Assembly: GCA_943357985.1 (NCBI GenBank)
Contig: CALRGR010000004.1
Coordinates: forward strand, 1,238 to 65,237
DNA: 64,000 nt
DNA from: Candidatus Levybacteria bacterium GW2011_GWA1_37_16
GTDB taxonomy: Bacteria > Patescibacteriota > Microgenomatia > Levybacterales > UBA12049
Direction of reading: 5' to 3'
Positions 56,357 to 64,000 of the stretch are shown in pieces. The first letter of the stretch is position 1, and each line of letters starts with the position of its first letter. Under the pieces are notes generated by a model. It did no database searches, had not been told where the DNA came from, and saw only the letters and a list, made by a program, of their open reading frames with translations. Both the position numbers and the translations under genes were made by a program.

Positions 56357-57189
56357 CTTAAGCTTAAAGAATTTATGCTCTTAGTATACCCTATCACAAC
56401 TTCCCTTGCTTTTTCATCAAAATCTTTATCGGATGAAGCAAAAATTATACTTCTTGATGCACTAATTAAAAAATTATCTTTTCTGAAAATTTTAAGATTT
56501 TTTATTTCTCCTCCCTGAGCTCCTAGTCCGGCTAAAAGGAAAAACTGTTCTTCTCCTGCGATTTTTACAATTTTTCTTAGAATATCCGGGTATGTTAGAG
56601 GAGCTTCAATTAAAATATTTCCTGAGGAATTCCATTGAGTTATCAATTTAGCTACGTGTTCATATAAAAATTTTCCGTTTTCTAGCTTTACATCTTGGAT
56701 ATCTTTTGCGGAAGGATTGGAATCGTGACATATAACAAATACTGCTTTGTCTTTATAGTTCAAAAAAGGCTCAACTGTGTCATATCCAAACCAAGGCGTT
56801 TGAGTAAATGCATCAAATCCAAACTCATCAAACATTTCCCTTGCTACAAGCTCTGCGGTTCTTAGCATCTCACTTTTTTTAACATCTGCCAGTATTTTTA
56901 CAGTAGGATATTTATTTTTGATATATTGATTCGTTAGTATTGCCGCCTCTATTCCTTCTTTTCCTAGGGAATAATAAAAAGCCAAGTTAAGCTTATATGC
57001 AGGGACTATGTCTGCAGTTGCATCAATAATTTTTTTATTAAATTCCAATAGTGTGTCTTTTATAGAGGCTGTTTTAACTGATTGGGGGATTTTATTTATA
57101 TCGGAGTCAAGACCAACGCAAATGTTAGAATTTTTGGACAGAATTTCTTTTTGAATTGATTCTAGAAATCCCGTGTTTATTGTTTTCAT
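56353..57189 (-). CDS. pyrF: Orotidine-5'-phosphate decarboxylase
   Basis: CVGLD, YKLNLAFY, LADVK, SNP, GLGAQGG, SASRSIIFAS. Confidence 0.85.
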   Translation of the reverse strand: MKTINTGFLESIQKEILSKNSNICVGLDSDINKIPQSVKTASIKDTLLEFNKKIIDATADIVPAYKLNLAFYYSLGKEGIEAAILTNQYIKNKYPTVKILADVKKSEMLRTAELVAREMFDEFGFDAFTQTPWFGYDTVEPFLNYKDKAVFVICHDSNPSAKDIQDVKLENGKFLYEHVAKLITQWNSSGNILIEAPLTYPDILRKIVKIAGEEQFFLLAGLGAQGGEIKNLKIFRKDNFLISASRSIIFASSDKDFDEKAREVVIGYTKSINSLSLR

Positions 57190-58136
57190 GTAGGATTATT
57201 TCCACCATCTCTTCTAAATAAATCTATAACTCTTGCTAGCCCACTATGTCCGCCTTCGGCTTTTGCCTTTGCGTTTATTCCTTGATAATAATTAGGGTTG
57301 TCAGTATCTATCAAATCAATTGGACTTACTTCTATTCCTGCTTCTTGAAGAGCCGCTATTTTTTCCGGATTATTAGAGAGTAGATTTATTTTATCTATTC
57401 CAAGTAATTCTATAATTATCAATGCTTCTAAGAAATAAAGGTCAGGACGAGAGTCTCTTTTATGTCCCAATGCTTCTACGGTTTCAAAAGTATCCAGAAC
57501 TTCCAATCCTGTCCTTTTCATAAAATTCTGTACCTGTATTTGTTGTACGTGAACTCTTTGTCCATTTCCACGCCCTTCCATAGGACTTAATATTGAGAGT
57601 CCTCTTGGAGATCGCATTATTGCTTTTTTTGCTTTATTTCTTTGTCCTGAGCAATCACATCCTAATCCAGCCTCTCCTGCTGAGGAAATGTGGCCTCCAT
57701 CATACATAGAAGTTTTACAAACGGAATCTATTCTTATGGTCATAGGAGTTTCGTCTTCGCTTGCTGGGCTGTGAATAAGAATCTGATATCCGTCTTCTAT
57801 TGTGAATCCGGGAAGATCTACAGCTTCGCCATTTTTTGTTGCATCCTGAGGAAAGAAATGTGCTCTTCCTGTCCATGTGCCGTCACCCATCTCAACATCA
57901 ATTTCTGTATATACGTTTCCCCGGATTTTATGTTGTCCATTTGTTAGTTCGACAAAATATCCTGTAGGAATTTCTGAAATTCCAATTCGTTTTCTATCAA
58001 CGCTTTTTACCACATTTGGTTCTATCCCTAAAGCTAGAAGGTCCTGTCTTTCTGTATGCCTCAGCACGTCAATATGAAATGGCACCTCGCGCAGCGGTTG
58101 GGGTTCTTGTACTTGTCCTGTTTCGCTTATTGCCAT
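57186..58136 (-). CDS. GTP cyclohydrolase II-like protein (divergent RibA)
   Basis: RIDSVC, CDCSGQ, EGRGNG, DSR, LLSNNPEK. Confidence 0.75.
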   Translation of the reverse strand: MAISETGQVQEPQPLREVPFHIDVLRHTERQDLLALGIEPNVVKSVDRKRIGISEIPTGYFVELTNGQHKIRGNVYTEIDVEMGDGTWTGRAHFFPQDATKNGEAVDLPGFTIEDGYQILIHSPASEDETPMTIRIDSVCKTSMYDGGHISSAGEAGLGCDCSGQRNKAKKAIMRSPRGLSILSPMEGRGNGQRVHVQQIQVQNFMKRTGLEVLDTFETVEALGHKRDSRPDLYFLEALIIIELLGIDKINLLSNNPEKIAALQEAGIEVSPIDLIDTDNPNYYQGINAKAKAEGGHSGLARVIDLFRRDGGNNPT

Positions 58137-58201
58137 AAAAAAACAGAGCGGATTGGGCTCTGGAATTTAACTATAACAGGGCAATTGGTACTCGTCAATA
58201 G

Positions 58202-59035
58202 CTAGTTTTCAATTTTTGCGGCAGTAATTAAATTCGCAAATAAATAGGCAAGGTTTAATGGGCCGACGCCACCTGGGGTTGGAGAATAGTATTTTGCAGC
58301 AATTGAGACTTCTTCTTCGTCAAAATCCGGTTTTAATTTTCCCTCTTCTCTATGAAGACCAATTCCAATTACGACTACCCCTTCTTTAAGCTCGTCGGCA
58401 AAAAATAAATCACTCCTTCCTACTGCGGAAATAATAATATCCGACTTTTTGATAATGTCCGTTGAATTTTCGGTTTTTGAATCAACGATTAGGGGTTGAA
58501 CCCCTAATTCTTTTAGTCCGTCGATGACTGGTTGGCCGGCAGTTTCTCCTTTGCCTAAAACAGCTATCTTTTGGGATTTTAACCATTCTGTGAATTGCGG
58601 CTCTCTGTAAATTGTAAATTGTAAATTGTAAATTTCTTTCAGTATGTCTTTTACAGCAAGCCAGACCGGAGGTTTAAAGAGAGAGTTTTTAATAAATCCA
58701 TCAATGTCTTTTTTAGGTGATACTGCATAAATCACCTTGTCTTTTTTAATATGCTTTGTTAGTGGTCTCTGCACGATAATCCCAGTTATTTTGGGATTGT
58801 TATTCAGTTCTTCAATGACTTTGATTAGTTTGTCTTCTGCCGGATCCTTAATGTTTATTAGTTCCGTCGAGACTCCAAGTTCCTTGGCAAGTTTTATTTT
58901 TTGTTTTACGTAATGTTCCCAGGCATCTTCGGGTCCCAAGGTGACAATTGCAAGAGTGAGTTGAGGCAGGTTTGTAAGTTCGTTTCTTAGTTCGCCAAAG
59001 ACTTTTTCGGCAAGTACTTTACCATCAATTTTCAT
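58202..59035 (-). CDS. folD: Bifunctional methylene-THF dehydrogenase/cyclohydrolase
   Basis: IDGK, YVKQK, GIIVQRPL, KDIDG, PTPGGVGP. Confidence 0.92.
   Translation of the reverse strand: MKIDGKVLAEKVFGELRNELTNLPQLTLAIVTLGPEDAWEHYVKQKIKLAKELGVSTELINIKDPAEDKLIKVIEELNNNPKITGIIVQRPLTKHIKKDKVIYAVSPKKDIDGFIKNSLFKPPVWLAVKDILKEIYNLQFTIYREPQFTEWLKSQKIAVLGKGETAGQPVIDGLKELGVQPLIVDSKTENSTDIIKKSDIIISAVGRSDLFFADELKEGVVVIGIGLHREEGKLKPDFDEEEVSIAAKYYSPTPGGVGPLNLAYLFANLITAAKIEN
58606..58633. repeat. Perfect heptamer repeat (TGTAAAT x4), in frame in folD
   Basis: Encodes IYNLQFTIY on the minus strand. Confidence 0.9.
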
Positions 59036-59057
59036 AGTTCGATGTCACTCGCTATGA
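59032..59057. repeat. Palindromic repeat containing the gyrA stop and the folD start
   Basis: tcatag-ttcgatgtcactcg-ctatga. Confidence 0.6.
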
Positions 59058-61532
59058 CCCTTCAATGCAGGTTGCGGCGGCAACATGATCAGAAGTCGAG
59101 GAGAAGCGCATCAGAATTACTCCTTGCGTATCTCTTGCGAGTTTTGGAATTGAAGAAATAGAAATTTTTACAATCTGGCCTTTTTGAGAAGTTATAATAA
59201 GTTCCGTGCTTTTGTTCGGAATAATTTCCGAAAACGCGACTTTTCCAGTTTTCGTTGAAACCTTTGCAACCTTTACTCCCTGCCCTCCTCTTGTCTGTGC
59301 TCTAAAGCTGTCAACTGTAGTCTTTTTACCTAATCCGTTTTCCATAATTGTTAGAAGGTCTGGTTTTTCACTTTTTTTAATAACTGCCATAGTAATTACT
59401 TCATCAGTTTTCCCTATTTTAATTCCCCTAACTCCCCTAGCGCCTCTTCCCATAGGTCTTACTTCCTCTTCTTTAAATCTAATTGCTTTTCCTTCTTTTG
59501 TAACAATTAGAACCGTATCGTCTCCGCTTGTTAAATTGCTCCATACTAATTCGTCTCCGCCGTCAAGTTTTATTGACAGAATTCCGGTTCTTCTTATATG
59601 TTCAAATTCTGAAAGTTTAGATTTTTTGACGGTTCCTTTTCGTGTTGTCAAAAATACATGTCCGCCTTTTGTCTCTTTTCCGTAGACTATAAAGCTTTCT
59701 ACCTTTTCTCCCTGTTCTATATTTAATAAATTTACAATTGCTGTTCCCTTGCTTGTTCTTGAGCTTTCTGAAATATCATAAGCGCGCAGTTGATAGACCT
59801 TTCCTTTATTTGTAAAAAACAAAATATTATCATGTGTTTGTGCAAATCTAATGTGGGAAATTGCGTCTTCATCCTTTGTGGTCATTCCTCTAATTCCTTT
59901 TCCACCCCGGTGTTGGATCGTGAAACTCGTCAACCCTTGGCGCTTAATGTATCCTGTGCCGGTCATAGTAATAACCGTTGGTTCATTTGGGATTAGGTCT
60001 TCGTCTGAAAATTCGTCAACTTTGCTTTTGTAAACCTTAGTTCTTCTCTCATCTCCAAATTTTTCCTTAAGTTTATCTAGCTCTCCTTTTATAACATCAA
60101 GAATCTTTTCAGGATGTGCAAGGAGATTTTCAATATACTCAATTGTTTCTTTGATCATTTGGTATTCATCTTCAATTTTTTGTCTTTCAAGCGCGGCCAA
60201 TCGTCTTAACTGTAGATCCAAAATTGCGATTGATTGGAGTTCGCTGAGCTTAAATTTAGTTATTAAGTTTTTCTTTGCGTCTTCTTGATCTTTTGATTCC
60301 CTAATAGTTTTAATAACGGCATCTAAATTATCAACTGCGATTTTAAGACCTTCTAATATATGAAGTCTTGCTTTTGCCTGTTTTAGCTCAAACTCACTTC
60401 TTCTTTTTACAACGTCATATCTGTGTTTTAGGTATTCTTCTAAAATTGTTTTAAGATTTAATGTTTGTGGGGTTCCATCAACAAGAGCTACTATGTTTGC
60501 CGGAAATGTTGTTTGAAGGCTTGTGTGTTTGAAAAGATTATTCAGAACCTTTCTTGGAGTTGCATCACGCTTTAGTTCAATTACTACTCTCATTCCGTGT
60601 CTGTCCGACTCGTCCCGAAGGTCTGTAATTCCCTCAATTTTTTTATCCTTTGCAAGCTCTGCAATTCTTGCGACAAGAAGAGCCTTATTTACCTGATAAG
60701 GAAGCTCTGTAATTATGATTGCGCTTTTTCCATTTCCAATGTCTTCAATGTCTGCTTTTCCTCTAATTAAAATTCTTCCACGTCCTGTTGCGTAAACATT
60801 TCTGATTTCTGCAATATCATAAATTGCTCCTCTTGTTGGAAAGTCCGGACCTTTTATGTACTGCAGTAATTCGTCAATTGTTGTATCAGACGTAAGAGTT
60901 ACTTTGCTGCTTTTTTCGTCCCTGGAAAACTTTGTTTTTCCTATCATGAAATTGACCGCGTCCAAAACCTCGCTTAAATTATGTGGCGGAATTTTGGTTG
61001 CCATTCCAACCGCAATGCCTTCACTTCCCATAAGAAGAAGGTTTGGCAGCTTTGCCGGCATATAAACGGGTTCTTTAAGAGTTGCATCAAAATTTTCTAT
61101 AAAATCTACTGTTTCTTTATCTAGGTCATAGAGAATTTCAGCAGATATTGCGGCCAGTCTTGCCTCGGTATACCTCATAGCGGCTGGTGGATCTCCGTCA
61201 ATAGAGCCAAAGTTTCCCTGCCCGTCAATAAGTGGGTATCTAACAGAAAAATCTTGAGCAAGACGTACCAACGCGTCATAAATTGGCATATCCCCATGAG
61301 GATGGAATTTTCCCATTACTTCTCCGACAATCTTTGCGCTTTTTGAATGCCTTGTTGAATGAGTAAGCCCCATTTCATGCATTGCGTAGAGAATTCTCCT
61401 GTGTACGGGCTTTAGTCCATCCCTGATATCAGGAAGTGCACGTGAGACAATAACAGACATAGCGTAATCCAAATACGCCCGCTTCATTTCATCGGCTATT
61501 CCCGTTTGTTGTAATTTACCTATTGCTGCCAT
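59052..61532 (-). CDS. gyrA: DNA gyrase subunit A
   Basis: [33 protein letters not shown], GyrA-box QHRGGKG. Confidence 0.97.
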   Translation of the reverse strand: MAAIGKLQQTGIADEMKRAYLDYAMSVIVSRALPDIRDGLKPVHRRILYAMHEMGLTHSTRHSKSAKIVGEVMGKFHPHGDMPIYDALVRLAQDFSVRYPLIDGQGNFGSIDGDPPAAMRYTEARLAAISAEILYDLDKETVDFIENFDATLKEPVYMPAKLPNLLLMGSEGIAVGMATKIPPHNLSEVLDAVNFMIGKTKFSRDEKSSKVTLTSDTTIDELLQYIKGPDFPTRGAIYDIAEIRNVYATGRGRILIRGKADIEDIGNGKSAIIITELPYQVNKALLVARIAELAKDKKIEGITDLRDESDRHGMRVVIELKRDATPRKVLNNLFKHTSLQTTFPANIVALVDGTPQTLNLKTILEEYLKHRYDVVKRRSEFELKQAKARLHILEGLKIAVDNLDAVIKTIRESKDQEDAKKNLITKFKLSELQSIAILDLQLRRLAALERQKIEDEYQMIKETIEYIENLLAHPEKILDVIKGELDKLKEKFGDERRTKVYKSKVDEFSDEDLIPNEPTVITMTGTGYIKRQGLTSFTIQHRGGKGIRGMTTKDEDAISHIRFAQTHDNILFFTNKGKVYQLRAYDISESSRTSKGTAIVNLLNIEQGEKVESFIVYGKETKGGHVFLTTRKGTVKKSKLSEFEHIRRTGILSIKLDGGDELVWSNLTSGDDTVLIVTKEGKAIRFKEEEVRPMGRGARGVRGIKIGKTDEVITMAVIKKSEKPDLLTIMENGLGKKTTVDSFRAQTRGGQGVKVAKVSTKTGKVAFSEIIPNKSTELIITSQKGQIVKISISSIPKLARDTQGVILMRFSSTSDHVAAATCIEGS

Positions 61533-61535
61533 AAA

Positions 61536-62048
61536 TTATTCGCTTTTCCTTAGAGACTTTTTAATGTCTGCTAAAGCTTCCGCTTTCCCCTTCCATTCTT
61601 TGATTTTTACCCATTTGCCGGGTTCTGTTTTTTTGTAATTTTCAAAAAAGTATTTTATGTCGTCTTTTATTTTTTGCGGAATGTCATTAACGTCATTATA
61701 CTCGGCAAACTTTTTATCAACTTTTGGCATTGGAACTGCGACTATTTTGTTATCTAGGCCTGCTTCATCTTCCATTTCTAGCATTCCAATTGGTCTGCTT
61801 GGAATTACAACTCCTGGGACAACTGGTTTACTGGATAAAACTAAAACATCAACTGCGTCTCCGTCATCTGCCAAAGTGTCAGGTACAAAGCCGTAATTAA
61901 AGGGATATTCCATTTCCGTAAACAAAAATCTGTCTACAAAAATAACTCCACTTTCTTTATCAAGCTCATATTTGACAGATACTCCTTGTGGAATTTCAAT
62001 AAAAACATTTATTTCTTCCGGTGGGTTTTTCCCCGCTGTTACTTTCAT
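61536..62048 (-). CDS. ppa: Inorganic pyrophosphatase
   Basis: [29 protein letters not shown]. Confidence 0.95.
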   Translation of the reverse strand: MKVTAGKNPPEEINVFIEIPQGVSVKYELDKESGVIFVDRFLFTEMEYPFNYGFVPDTLADDGDAVDVLVLSSKPVVPGVVIPSRPIGMLEMEDEAGLDNKIVAVPMPKVDKKFAEYNDVNDIPQKIKDDIKYFFENYKKTEPGKWVKIKEWKGKAEALADIKKSLRKSE

Positions 62049-62626
62049 TAGTTAACGTCACCTCCTATCGAAGGATGATGCGCTAAATGAAAATTCAAGC
62101 TAAATTTTAACTGTCTTAATAGATTTGGATCATTTGGGACAAATAATCCTTTTGTTTCTTGGTCTGATGTAGTCTCAGTCCAATCAGATGCAAGAATATC
62201 TGTTCCAGATTCGTCTATTCCTAATGTCTCTAAGCCTTCAGAATCGTTATATAAGCTTGAGACAAAAGTTTTACTAGTATCCCTTAATGACACTTTCATT
62301 TCTCCGGTTATTTCTTTCCCCCGGTATTTAATCGGAGTTGCTACTGAGACGGACAATTCATATAGCTCGTTTTCTCTTACTGTTCCCAATGTTGAGGGCG
62401 ATGTTGTTCCATCGGGACTCAAAACGAATACAGGCGTATCTTTTAATTTTTCGTCAAGTGGCGTTTTGTATCTTGATAGCCACAAGCTTTCAAAAAATCC
62501 ATCGCCTATATTTGTCATAGGATATTGAATATGTTCCATTTCATGATCTGATGTATGTTCTGGTACATCTGCTTTTTTGACTAGCGCTATATCACCTCTA
62601 AATAATTCTTTTCCGTGAAATTCCAT
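62048..62626 (-). CDS. Hypothetical protein inserted between gyrB and ppa
   Basis: 192-aa ORF tightly coupled to both neighbours. Confidence 0.6.
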   Translation of the reverse strand: MEFHGKELFRGDIALVKKADVPEHTSDHEMEHIQYPMTNIGDGFFESLWLSRYKTPLDEKLKDTPVFVLSPDGTTSPSTLGTVRENELYELSVSVATPIKYRGKEITGEMKVSLRDTSKTFVSSLYNDSEGLETLGIDESGTDILASDWTETTSDQETKGLFVPNDPNLLRQLKFSLNFHLAHHPSIGGDVN

Positions 62627-62627
62627 A

Positions 62628-64000
<1,373 letters not shown>

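Overview
AT-rich, gene-dense core-chromosome segment using the standard code (TGA = stop). It most likely comes from a reduced-genome Patescibacteria/CPR bacterium of the Microgenomates type; this is inferred from the short EF-Ts, RF1 and YchF, the many Pro-rich membrane-anchored ORFans and the repeat families. Contents: a dTMP/folate cluster (dcd, tmk, dcd/dut, thyA, folA, cmk, glyA); rpsB-tsf-frr-rseP; a Pro T-box in front of csaA-proS; rpsU-ybeY-dnaX-ybaB-prs-recR-cysS; ychF-rpsF-ssb-rpsR; prfA-rpmE; hisS; dnaB; two tandem tRNA-Leu(CAA); efp; yebC; one Xer-type recombinase; and gyrB-ppa-gyrA-folD-ribA-like-pyrF. No CRISPR array, transposase or prophage is visible. Most notable: (1) small palindromic and heptameric repeat families sit in frame inside core proteins and even supply stop/start codons; (2) a 132-nt tRNA-Leu whose D-arm is replaced by repeat-like hairpins; (3) a symmetric dif-like site beside a lone Xer gene whose promoter overlaps matching half-sites, at the point where gene strand bias flips; (4) a T-box with an ultra-short Stem I; (5) two disrupted genes that the ORF track missed or split; (6) a convergent pair of paralogous ORFans. 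All calls were made by eye, without database searches.
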